Source: Mobula hypostoma (Eukaryota). From it: a DNA stretch of 64,000 bases. The notes under the pieces were generated by a model that did no database searches, was not told the DNA's origin, and saw only the letters and a list, made by a program, of their open reading frames with translations. Numbering within the stretch: position 1 is the first letter of the stretch; each line of letters begins with the position of its first letter. A program made the translations under genes and the position numbers. The stretch is from NCBI RefSeq assembly GCF_963921235.1, contig NC_086100.1, positions 204,788,001-204,852,000 on the forward strand, given 5' to 3'. Below are positions 50,518 through 62,160 of the stretch, piece by piece.

Positions 50518-51468
50518 ATGGGGGAGATAGTTAGAGCAGTGGTGTGCTCCGTATGCAGTATGTGGGAGGTCAGGGTCAACGCAGTTGCCCCTGATGACCA
50601 CACCTGCAGAAGGTGCATTCAGCTGCAGTTCCTATCAGAGCGAGTTAGGGAATTGGAGCTGGAGCTGGATGATCTACGGATCATTCGGGAGGCAGAGACA
50701 GAGATAGATAAGAGTTATCGGGAGGTAGTCACACCGAAAGGACGGGAGGTAGGCAACTGGGTGACTGTCAGGAGATGGACGGGGAGCAGGCAGAGAGAGC
50801 AGACCACCCCTGTGGCCATTCCCATCAACAATAAGTATACCGTTTTGGATACTGTTGGTGGGAATGACCTACCAGGAACAAGTTGCAGTGGTCCTGTCTC
50901 TGGCACTGAGGTTGGACCCTCGACTCAGAAGGGGAGGAGGGAAGAGAGGACAGCGGTAATGATAGGGGATTCTGTAGTCAGGGGGGCAAATAGGAGATTT
51001 TGTGGGGGAGATCGGGAGTCTCGGATGGTATGTTGCCTCCCTGGTGCCGGGGTCCGGGACATCTCAGATCGGGTGCAGGTTATTCTCGAGAGGGAGGGCA
51101 AGAATCCAGATGTTGTGGTCCATGTAGGGATCAACGACGTGGGTAGGAAGAGTGAGGGGGTCCTGCGTAGTCAGTTCAGGGAGTTAGGTGCGAAGCTGAA
51201 GGGCAGGACCTCCAGGGTAACAATCTCAGGATTGCTACCTGTGCCACGTGCGAGTGAGGCGAGGAACAGGAGGATTATACAGATCAATACATGGCTGAGA
51301 GGATGGTGCAGGAGGGAGGGCTTCAGGTTTTTAGATAATTGGGCTTTGTTCCAGGGAAGGTGGGATCTGTTCCGACGGGACGGTTTACACCTGAACTGGA
51401 GGGGTACTAACATGCTTGCAGGAAAGTTTCCTAGTGCTGCTTGGGGGCGGGGGGGGGGTTTAAACTAA
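50518..51468 (+). CDS. CR1 ORF1p: zinc finger / leucine zipper + SGNH esterase, intact, 316 aa
   Basis: CSVC...CRRC, coiled coil, GDS, PGA, VHVGIND, DGLHLN blocks. Confidence 0.88.
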   Translation: MGEIVRAVVCSVCSMWEVRVNAVAPDDHTCRRCIQLQFLSERVRELELELDDLRIIREAETEIDKSYREVVTPKGREVGNWVTVRRWTGSRQREQTTPVAIPINNKYTVLDTVGGNDLPGTSCSGPVSGTEVGPSTQKGRREERTAVMIGDSVVRGANRRFCGGDRESRMVCCLPGAGVRDISDRVQVILEREGKNPDVVVHVGINDVGRKSEGVLRSQFRELGAKLKGRTSRVTISGLLPVPRASEARNRRIIQINTWLRGWCRREGFRFLDNWALFQGRWDLFRRDGLHLNWRGTNMLAGKFPSAAWGRGGGLN

Positions 51469-54400
51469 ATTTTCAGGGGGCAGGGATCCAGAATGTGAGA
51501 GAGGATAGCGAGATGAAGTATAAAGGACAGGTGGGGACTACACGGTTCCGGAATATTAAGTGTGAAGTACAGAAAGGTGAGGCGGGACGAGTGATAAGGA
51601 GGATACATGTGCAGAGGGATGGTCTGACGGAACATGGAGTTAAATGTGAAGAAAGAGTAAGTAAATTTAAGAAGGACAACAAAATTCAAGGGGCGTATAG
51701 CCCGGTGAGAGTTCGGGGAGCTGGGTTATGCACAATAGGCAGCGATTTAAACAGAGAGAGGAGAAATGGGTTAAAAATTCTGTATCTGAATGCACGAAGT
51801 TTCAGAAATAAGGCGGATGAGCTTGAAGCTCAGGTGCGAATGGGTAACAGTGATGTTGTTGGGATAACAGAGACATGGCTGCAGGGGGATCAGACCTGGG
51901 AATTGAATGTACAAGGGTATACGTGCTATCGAAGGGACAGAAAGGTGAGCTGAGGGGGTGGGGTGGCCCTGTTGGTGAGGAATGAGATTCAGTCTCTTGC
52001 TAGGGGGGGCATAGATCAGGAGAAGTAGAGTCAGTGTGGATGGAACTGAGGAACAGTAAGGGCAAAAGGACCCTAATAAGTGTTATCTATAGGCCCCCAA
52101 ACAGTAGCATGGATATTGGGTGCAAGTTGAATAGGGAGTTAACAATGGCATGTAGCAAAGGAAATGTCGCAGTAGTTATGTGTGATTTCAACATCAGGTG
52201 AACTGGGAAAATTAGGTTGGTACTGGACCCAAGGATAGGTAGTTTGTAGAGTGCCTACGCGATGCATTTTTGGAGCAGATTGTACTAGAGCCGACCAGGG
52301 ATAATGCTTTTCTGGATTTAATGTTGTGCAATGAACAGGATTTGATAAGTGATCTTGAAGTAAAGGAGCCATTAGGAGGTAGTGACCATAATATGATAAG
52401 TTTTTATCTGCAAGTTGAGAGGGATAAGGGCAGATCAGAAGTGTCAGTATTGCAGTTGAACAAAGGAGACTATGGAGCCATGAGGGAGGAGCTGGCCAAA
52501 GTTGACTGGTCAGATATCCTAGTGGAAAAGACAGTGAAACAGCAATGGCAGGTATTCTTGGGAATAATGCACAAGGTGCAAAACCAGTTCATCCCCCGGA
52601 GAAGGAAGGATTCAAAGGGGGGAAAGTGGCCACAGTGGTTGACAAAGGAAGTCAGAGATAGCATAGCATTAAAAAAGAAGAAGTATAACAGAGCTAAGGT
52701 GAGTGGGAAGACGGATGATTGGGAAACTTTTAAGGAGCAACAGAACTTAACTAAAAAAGCATACGGGGAGAAAAAATGAGGTATGAACGCAAGCTAGCTA
52801 GGAATATAAAGGAGGATAGCAAAAGTTTTTTTAGGTATGTGAAGGGAAGGAAGATAGTTAAGAACTATGTTGAGCCCTTGAAGAATGAATTGGGAGAAAT
52901 TGTTATGGGAAACAGAGAAATGTCAGACGAATTTAATAAGTACTTTGGAGCTGTATTCACTAGGGAAGACACAAGCCATCTCCCAGATGTATGGATGGGC
53001 CAAGGACATAGGGTAACAGAGGAAATGAAACAGATTGATATTAGGAAGGAAACGGTGATGAGTAGACTGATGGGACTGAAGGCTAACAAATCCCCAGGTC
53101 CAGATGGTCTGCATCCTAGGGTACTAAAGGAGGTGGCTCTGGAAATTGCAGATGCATTGCTGATCATTTTCCAATGTTCCTTAGATTCAGGATCAGTTCC
53201 TGAGGATTGGCGAATGGCTAATGTTATCCCACTTTTTAAGAAAGTAGGGAGGGAGAAAACAGAGAACTATCGCCCTGTTAGCCTAACATCAGTAGTGGGG
53301 AAGATGCTAGAGTCCATTATTAAAGATGAAATAGCAGCATATCTTGATAGAAGTGATAGGATTGGGCCGAGCCAGCATGGATTTACCAAGGGCAAATCAT
53401 GCTTGACTAATCTATTGGAGTTTTTCGAGGATGTAACCAGGAAGATAGACGCGGGAGATCCAATGGATGTGGTGTACATTGACTTTCAGAAGGCATTCGA
53501 TAAGGTACCACATAGGAGATTGGTGGGTAAAATCAGAGCTCATGGCATTGGGGGGAGGATTATGACATGGGTAGAAAACTGGTTGGCAGATAGAAAGCAA
53601 AGGGTAGCAGTGAATGGGTGTTTCTCGGAATGGCAGGTGGTGATTAGTGGGGTGCCACAGGGTTCGGTATTGGGACCACAGCTGTTTACGATTTACGTCA
53701 ATGATTTAGAGGAAGGCATTGTGAATAACATCAGCAAGTTTGCTGATGATACTAAACTGGGTGGCAGTGTGACATGTGATGAGAATGTTAGGAGAATTCA
53801 AGGTGACTTGGATAGGCTGGGTGAGTGGGCAGAAACTTGGCAGATGGCGCTTAATGTAAATAAGTGTGAGGTTATTCACTTTGGGAGCAAGAACAGGAAG
53901 GCAGATTATTATTTGAATGGTGTGGAGTTAGGTAAGGGAGAAATACAAAGAGATCCAGGAGTACTTGTTCATCAGTCTCTGAAGGGGAATGAGCAAGTGC
54001 AGCAGGCAGTGAAGAAGGGTAATGGGATGTTGGCCTTTATTACAAAGAGAATTGAGTACAAGAGCAAAGAGATCCTTTGGCATTTGTACAGGGCCCTGGT
54101 GAGACCACACCTAGAGTATTGTGTGCAGTTTTGGTCTCCAGGGTTAAGGAAGGACATTCTGGCTGTGGAGGAGGTGCAGCTTAGGTTCACTAGGTTAATT
54201 CCTGGGATGTCCGGACTGTCTTACGCAGAGAGGTTAAAGAGACTGGGCTTGTACGCGCTGGAATTAAGGAGATTGAGGGGGGATCTGATTGAGACATATA
54301 AGATTATTAAGGGATTGGACAAGATAGAGGCAGGAAGTATGTTCCAGATGCTGGGAGAGTCCAGTACCAGAGGGCATGGTTTAAGAATAAGCGGTAGGTT

Positions 54401-54530
54401 ACTTGGAACAGAGTTGAGGAGGAACTTCTTCTCCTAGAGGGTTGTGGAGGTGTGGAACGCACTGCCTCAGAAGGCAGTGGAGGCCAATTCTCTGGATGCT
54501 TTCAAGAAGGAGCTAGATAGGTATCTTATG
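51459..54530 (+). pseudogene. CR1 ORF2 (APE endonuclease + RT) with several frameshifts and stops
   Basis: YLNARS, ITETW, SDHNM; 553-aa RT segment 52776..54437 with FADD. Confidence 0.9.
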
Positions 54531-54670
54531 GATAGCGGAATCAAAGGTTATGGGGACAAGGCAGGAACCGGGTATTGGTAGCAGATGATCAGCCATGATC
54601 TCAGAATGGCTGTTCGAAGGGCTGAATGGTCTACTTATGCACCTATTGTCTATTGTCTATTGTCTATTGT

Positions 54671-57600
54671 CATTGTCTCAAAAAACAAAGGAGCTGATTG
54701 TGGACGACAGGAGGAATAACCCCTATTGACATCAATGGATCTGGGGTAGAGAGGGTGAACAGCTTTAAGTTCCTCGGCATAAACATCACCAAAGATCTCA
54801 CATGGTCTGTACATACAGGCTGTGTTGTGAAGAAAAGCGCAACAGCACCTCTTTCACCTCAGGTGGTTGAAGAAGTTTGGGATAGGGTCCCAAATCCTAA
54901 GAACTCTGTACAGGAACACAATTGAGAGCATCCTGACTGGCTGCATCACTGCCTGGTATGGAAACTGTAGTCCCATTAATCGCAGCAACCTGCAGAGAGT
55001 GGTGCCGACAGCCCAGCGCATCTGTAGATGTGAACTTCCCGCTATTCGTAGAAACATAGAAACATAGAAAATAGGTGCAGGAGTAGGCCATTCGGCCCTT
55101 CGAGCCTGCACCGCCATTTATTATGATCATGGCTGATCATCAAACTCAGAAACCTGCACCAGCCTTCCCTCCATACCCCCTGATCCCCGTAGCCACAAGG
55201 GCCATATCTAACTCCCTCTTAAATATAGCCAATGAACCGGCCTCAACTGTTTCCTGTGGCAGAGAATTCCAGTGATTCACCACTCTCTGTGTGAAGAAGT
55301 TTTTCCTAATCTCGGTCCTAAAAGGCTTCCCCTTTATCCTCAAACTGTGACCCCTCGTTCTGGACTTCACCAACATCAGGAACAATCTTCCTGCATCTAG
55401 CCTGTCCAATCCCTTTAGGATTTTATACGTTTCAATCAGATCCCCCCTCAATCTTCTAAATTCCAACGAGTACAAGCCTAGTTCATCCAGTCTTTCTTCA
55501 TATGAAAGTCCTGCCATCCCAGGAATCAATCTGGTGAACATTCTTTGTACTCCCTCTATGGCAAGGATGTCTTTCCTCAGATTAGGGGACCAAAACTGCA
55601 CACAATACTCCAGGTGTGGTCTCACCAAGGCCTTGTACAACTGCAGTAGTACCTCCCTGCTCCTGTACTCGAATCCTCTCGCTATAAATGCCAGCATACC
55701 ATTCGCCTTTTTCACCGCCTGCTGTACCTGCATGCCCACTTTCAATGACTGGTGTATAATGACACCCAGGTCTCGTTGCACCTCCCCTTTTCCTAATCGG
55801 CCACCATTCAGATAATAATCTGCTTTCCTATTTTTGCCACCAAAGTGGATAACTTCACATTCATCCATATTAAATTGCATCTGCCATGAATTTGCCCACT
55901 CACCCAACCTATCCAAGTCACCCTGCATCGTCTTAGCATCCTCCTCACAGCTAACACTGCTGCCCGGCTTCGTGTCATCCGCAAACTTGGAGATGCTGCA
56001 TTTAATTCCTTCATCTAAGTTATTAATATATATTGTAAACAACTGGGGTCCCATCACTGAGCCTTGCGGTACCCCACTAGTCACCGCCTGCCATTCTGAA
56101 AAGGTCACGTTTATTCCCAATCTTTGCTTCCTGTCTGCTAACCAATTCTCTATCCACATCAATACCTTACCCCCACCCAATACCGTGTGCTTTACGTTTG
56201 CACACTAATCTCCTGTGTGGGACCTTGTCAAAAGCCTTTTGAAAATCCAAATATACCACATCCACTGGTTCTCCCCTATCCACTCTACTAGTTGCATCCT
56301 CAAAAAATTCTATGAGATTCGTCAGACATGATTTTCCTTTCACAAATCCATGCTGACTTTGTCCGATGATTTCACCGCTTTCCAAATGTGCTGTTATCGC
56401 ATCTTTGATAACTGACTCTAGCAATTTCCCCACCACCGACGTTAGGCTAACCGGTCTATAATTCCCCGGTTTCTCTCTCCCTCCTTTTTTAAAAAGTGGG
56501 GTTACATTAGCCACCCTCTAATCCTCAGGAACTAGTCCAGAATCTAACGAGTTTTGAAAAATTATCACTAATGCATCCACTATTTCTTGGGCTACTTCCT
56601 TAAGCACTCTGGGATACAGACCAGCTGGCCCTGGGGATTTATCTGCCTTTAATCCCTTCAATTTACCTAACACCACTTCCCTACTAACATGTGTTTCGCT
56701 CAGTTCCTCCATCTCACTGGACCCTCTGTCCCCTACTATTTCTGGAAGATTATTTATGTCCTCCTTAGTGAAGACAGAACCAAAGTAATTATTCAATTGG
56801 TCTGCCATGTCTTTGCTCCCCATAATCAATTCACCTGTTTCTGTCTGTAGGGGACCTACATTTGTCTTTACCAGTCTTTTCCTTTTTACATATCTATAAA
56901 AGCTTTTACAGTCAGTTTTTATGTTCCCTGCCAGTTTTCTCTCATAATCTTTTTTCCCCTTCCTAACTAAGCCCTTTGTCCTCCTCTGCTGAACTCTGAA
57001 TTTCTCCCAGTCCTCAGGTGAGCCACTTTTTCTGGTTAATTTGTATGCTTCTTCTTTGGAATTGATACTATCCCTAATTTCTCTTGTCAGCCACGGGTGC
57101 ACTACCTTCCTTGATTTATTCTTTTGCCAAACTGGGATGAACAATTGTTGTAGTTCATCCATGCAATCTTTAAATGCTTGCCATTGCATATCCACCGTCA
57201 ATCCTTTAAGTGTCATTTGCCAGTCTATCTTAGCTAATTCACGACTCATACCTTCAAAGTTACCCCTCTTTAAGTTCAGAACCTATGTTTCTGAATTAAC
57301 TATGTCACTCTCCATCGTAATGAAGAATTCCACCATATTATGGTCACTCTTACCCAAGGGGCCTCTCACGACAAGATTGCTGATTAACCCTTCCTCATTG
57401 CTCAAAACCCAGTCTAGAATAGCCTGCTCTCTGGTTGGTTCCTCGACATGTTGGTTCAAAAAACCATCCCGCATACATTCCAAGAAATCCTGTTCCTCAG
57501 CACCTTTACCAATTTGGTTCACCCAATCTACATGTAGATTGAAGTCACCCATTATAACTGCTGTTCAGTTATTCAGTACAGTTACAGAGACAGGTGTGGA

Positions 57601-57925
57601 AAAAGAGCCCAAAGGATATTGGGGACCCAATTCCCACAACCACAAACTGTTCCTGCTGCTGCCATCCAGGAAATTGTACCACAGCAAAAGGACTAACAGG
57701 CTCCAGGGCATCATCTTCTACCAGGCCATCAGACTGATTAATTCATGCTGATACAATTGCATTTCTATGTTATTTTGACTTTCCTGTGTACAAACTATTC
57801 ATTATAAATTTATAGAAATTACACATTGCACATTTAGACGGATATGTAACTTAAAGATTTCTACTCCTGATGTATATGAAGGATGTATGTAATAAAGTCA
57901 ATTCAACTCAGTTCAATTCAATTCA
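54671..57925 (+). mobile_element. Rex1/Babar 3' portion (paralog of 290-950), split by a CR1
   Basis: VERVNSFKFLG, ESILTGCITAWYGNC; resumes at 57570; AATAAA + (ATTCA)n tail. Confidence 0.82.
55048..57569 (-). mobile_element. 5'-truncated CR1 (family B)
   Basis: (AGAAACAT)n tail; ORFs 55146..57552; TSD TATTC (55043-55047, 57570-57574). Confidence 0.93.
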
Positions 57926-58400
57926 CCATCTCCACTATCTGTTCTATCATTGGGCCTCCGATTCCCCCTACAACTTATTTTAACCACATCACCCCCTCCC
58001 CACACCAGCACTCGCAAGCCTTACCACTAGGATATTCGTCCCGTCTTGTTCTGTTCCCCTACCTAACGAATCCCCTATCACCCCTTTGACTTTCCTATAA
58101 CCCCCTTGACTTTCCTCTGCTAGGTAATCCCCCCTAACAGTATTTAAAGCGATCCACCCGTTGTTGTGTGGGATGGCCACTGGAGTACTCTGCGATGGCC
58201 ATTTAACCTAATTCCCCTTCCTAACTTTCACCCAGTTTCCTGTGTCCTTCATCTTGGGTGTAATTCACTTCCCTTCATGTCATATCTATTACCCCTTCCA
58301 ACTTCAAGTGCAGGTTTACAAGCTTCAGCTGGATGCACATCTTGTAGTTGAGGGCGTCAGGGACATTGGCGGTCTCCCCGCCTTCCCACCAATATCCCCT
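57925..58400 (-). mobile_element. Old CR1 ORF1 fragments
   Basis: GVIGDSLGRG; similarity to the CIQL region. Confidence 0.55.
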
Positions 58401-59345
58401 CTAATTTGTAATGACCAGTGTGCACGTAGATCTTGTACTGTGCATTTGTTTTTATCCAGTGACAACATGCGCACAGTGAATTTTATACAGAGAGGTATTC
58501 TTAGTAACAGCTAGCAAATCACTGTCGATAAGAACTTTGATCTCCTATGGGTTTGATCGAGTTCATCTGCACTCTCACACAACCTATGTAGCAGGCCTGT
58601 AATTGGTAATGAATGATCTTCTCACTGGAGCTTTTGCACATTGTCCATATGTGATTGGCTTGCTACATTACGCTTCAAAACGTCAGATTTCCAAATATCA
58701 CTCCACTTCTTCCCACTTGTAAATTCTCCAGCAACATTTGCATCACCACAATACACACAGGTAACACCAGTTTCTTTATCGTACATAAATATTTCCCCTG
58801 AACCCTAACCCAGGTGACTGACGGTGGTGAACTCATTGATGGCAATGCCAATGAATATGAAGGGAAGGGCAGTAGTCTGTCTCACTGGAGTCTGGCACAT
58901 TTGTGACATGAAGCTACTTGTCGCCCAGGGCAAAGGTGTTTGATATCATTATGTACCCAGAGAGAATGGGACAGTACATGTTCTCACGGGTAAACAAGAG
59001 AAGTTAGAACAAGCAACACACACAAAATGCTGCAGGAGCTCAGCAGGCCAGGCAGCATCTATGGAAAAGAGTACTAATGCCGAGTTCCTCCAGCATTTTG
59101 TGCGTGTATATTTTCTCTTGTTAGTGATTGGAGGTATAACAAAGGTTCTCAACTGGTGATGTAAAATTATTTGTTCCCGTTCTCCGAGTTCCTAATCCTT
59201 GTATTTAGATAGCTGGAGCTCAGTTTTGTCTGCGAGATTTAACGGTTTCCAGTACCTCTTTAACCAGAAGCTCCCCAGGGCCCGTGTAAAGATCGTGGGG
59301 CTGAGAGAGAGGGAAGATAACAGGACTGTCCCGGCATTAGAGTAG

Positions 59346-59969
59346 TTTAGATTATGAGGACACGCAGTCCTCTTTTATTGTCATTTAGTAATGACTGCAT
59401 TAAGAGAAGATACAATATTCCTCCAGTGTGATATCACAGAAACACAGGGCAGACCAAGACAGAAAAACTACCAAAAACCACATAATTATAACATATAGTT
59501 ACAACAGTGCAACAATACCATAACTTGATGAAGAACAGGCCATGGGCACAGTAAAAAAAGTTCAAAGTCTCTCGAAAGTCCCACATCTCACGCAGACGGG
59601 AGAAGGAAGAAAACTCTCCCTGCCATGGCCGAACACAGTCCGACTCTGAATCGTCCGAAAACTTCGAGCTCCGATCAGCCCTACGACACCGAGTACCGAG
59701 CACCATCTCTGCCGAACGCTTCGACCCCAGCCTCGTTCGCCAGCAGCAGACAAAGCCGGGGATTTTGGGGCCTTCCCTCCGGAGATTGTCGATCGCACAG
59801 TAGCAGCGGCAGCGAACCGGGCATTTCAGACATTTCTCCAGATGTTCCTGTGCGCTTCTTACTTCTGTCTCCATCAAATCAGAATTGTGCACGGCATCCT
59901 ACTTACAAATATGATATCATTTCATCATTCAGCTGCGCGCGCTGCGTCGCGTCGCCATCTTCTGCTCCC
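59346..59969 (-). mobile_element. Second copy of the SINE-like element
   Basis: End-to-end reverse-complement similarity to 35875-36512. Confidence 0.7.
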
Positions 59970-60149
59970 GGATTGCATACGATCGGTGCATCAGCGACAG
60001 CGAAATTTTTAACGTCGGGCTTTATGGTTAATCACTGTGCCATTAAACGTTTCTGTAAACACCGGTCAATGTCCCTATCTCAGTTGTTTTTGTGGGTATA
60101 GAAAATTCAGCAGCTGTTTTAACGCAGAAAGCGGCTCCCATAAACAATA

Positions 60150-60545
60150 TACACAAAATGATGGTGGAATGCAGCAGGCCAGGCAGCATCTATAGGAAGA
60201 AGCACAGTCGACGTTTCGGGCCGAGACCCTTCGTCAGGACTCACTGAAAGAAGAGACAGGAAGAGATTTGAAAGTGGCAGGAGGATGGGGACATCCGAAA
60301 CGACAGGAGAGGGCAGGAAGGGGAGGGATAAAGCTAAGAGCTGTACAGTTGATTGGGAAAAGGAATACACAGCTGGAGAATGGAAAGGATCATGGGACTG
60401 GAAGCCTAGGGAGAAAGAAAGGGGTAGGGGGCACCAGAGGGAGATGGCTAGCAGGCAAGGAGTGATTGTGAGAGGGACTGAGAGAGAAAAAAGAGAGAAA
60501 AGGAAAACAAAAGGAGAAAACCGGGGGGGGGGGGGACAAAAACAA
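60150..60545 (-). mobile_element. Penelope pLTR fragment
   Basis: Same terminal sequence as 16489-16575, plus the polypyrimidine region. Confidence 0.8.
60206..60241 (-). ncRNA. Minimal type I hammerhead ribozyme motif, intact core
   Basis: AGUC-CUGACGA-A-GGG(UCUCGG)CCC-GAAA-CG-UC-GACU. Confidence 0.7.
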
Positions 60546-60660
60546 AAATAAATAAATGAATGAGTGAATTAATTAATTTTATTTATTTATTTGTTTGTTT
60601 GTTTGTTTGTTTGTTTGTTTATTTATTTATTTATTATAGATAGATAGATAGATAGATAGA
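60546..60660. repeat. Compound microsatellite (AAAT)/(TTTA)/(TTTG)/(GATA)
   Basis: Read directly from the sequence. Confidence 0.95.
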
Positions 60661-60662
60661 AA

Positions 60663-61344
60663 TGTAGAGCATATGGCATGCCTCAGGGTCGCTCAGCTCG
60701 CTGTCGTCTAGGGAAACAGCCCTCGGCCCCGCCAAACTTGGTAATAAAGTTTGTGTGGATGCTGAGTGATGTAACCCACCCTGCCCAAATAACAGACAAT
60801 ACACCAGATACGATTAAATGATTTACAGTTTATAGATATTACTGGAACTATATAATTAAAGAGAATAAAATATAAAAGGAAAATAAAAGACGCCACACTC
60901 ATCAAAGTTCAATCTCTTCGTGCACAAACAGTTGGAGCTCAGGACCCTCCTTCTTCGCTCTGCGAACCCATCGGACCACCTTGACCGGCCGTCTGGGACC
61001 AACAACAGTGGTCGACCAGACGCTCCACACGAGTCCGTCTCCGTCTCCTCTCCTCGCGTCCGTCTCCGTCTCCTCTCCTCGCCGAACACCCTGGACCTCG
61101 GACTCCTGTTCTGGGTCTGACACCGTTAGACGACTCACAGCACCTTGTCCATCATCCGCCCCTCTATCGCGCCTTTTGCCCAAAACCCCGCGCATCACAA
61201 TAACTTATAGACACAGAAAAATATAACGTCTATCCCAGTTGGTTCTTTCCCTGACTACTAACGCCATCCGTTTCCCTTTAACCTCTGCCGCTTTGTCGCA
61301 TCCAAAACAACGGAATCCCGAACATGGAGTGAGTGTGCGGTACA
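60663..61344 (-). mobile_element. Probable solo LTR
   Basis: Termini TGTAGAGCA...TGCGGTACA; related to 44438-44600; no TSD found. Confidence 0.5.
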
Positions 61345-61394
61345 AGTGGATACTCATACAGTATAAATAGTGCCCTCATTCCCCACCCAGCCCA

Positions 61395-61400
<6 letters not shown>

Positions 61401-61480
<80 letters not shown>
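61401..61480. repeat. (AC)40 microsatellite
   Basis: Read directly from the sequence. Confidence 0.99.
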
Positions 61481-61485
<5 letters not shown>

Positions 61486-61489
61486 GAGT

Positions 61490-62160
61490 GCCTAAAATAT
61501 GTGAGGCCCAGACCTACATCGGGAGTCGCTACAAAAGGGAGACTTTCTCCTTGGCCGAACTTTTTAATTCCGCTTCCTATTCCCAAGCAGACATATCGGT
61601 CCACGGACACGTGCACCACAATAAGCCAACATCAGGTTGGGGAAGCAACACCTCACATCTCGTTTGGGTGGCCATCAACGTGACGGCATTTGCATCGATT
61701 TCTCCAGCAGTAATTTCTGCTCACTCCTACTTTTCTCCTTTCTCCGCTCCCCCTTTTGGATCCCCTTCTACACTTTCATTTCTGCTCACCTGCCGAGTGC
61801 CCCGTCTTCCTTCTCTTTCTCCCATCGTCTTCTCTTCCCTCATCACCAATCAGATTCCTTCTTTCTAATCCTTTTATCTTTTCCGCTTATCACCTCCTAG
61901 TTTCTCACTTCGTCTTCCCTCCTCCACCTCAGAAATTCCTCCACTCACCTGGCTTGACAACTCACTTTCCAGTTTTACCCCTCCCTCAACCCTCGGCTTC
62001 GCATCCTGGCGTATTCCCCCTTATTTTCCAGTGCTTATGAAGCGTCTCGGTCAGAAACGTCGACACTCTACTCCTCTCCAGAGATGGCCACTGTCCTGAG
62101 GAGTTTATTCAGCATTTTCATTGTTACTTTGGTTTTCCAGAAACTCCATGATCTCTGCGA
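61490..62160 (+). mobile_element. Degenerate Penelope-like 3' part with mutated hammerhead (about 62029-62066)
   Basis: FNSASYSQADISVHG resembles the 12082..12591 ORF; CTTATGA...GAAACGTCGAC. Confidence 0.7.

Larger units (their letters stand above)
50223..54669 (+). mobile_element. Full-length CR1 LINE (family D), about 4.45 kb
   Basis: TSD TCATTGT (50216-50222, 54670-54676); CpG-rich 5'UTR; ORF1; ORF2; (TATTGTC)n tail. Confidence 0.95.

Noticed and set aside
61278..61683. CV-repeat and HT-repeat proteins
   Set aside because: Translations of the (AC)40 microsatellite
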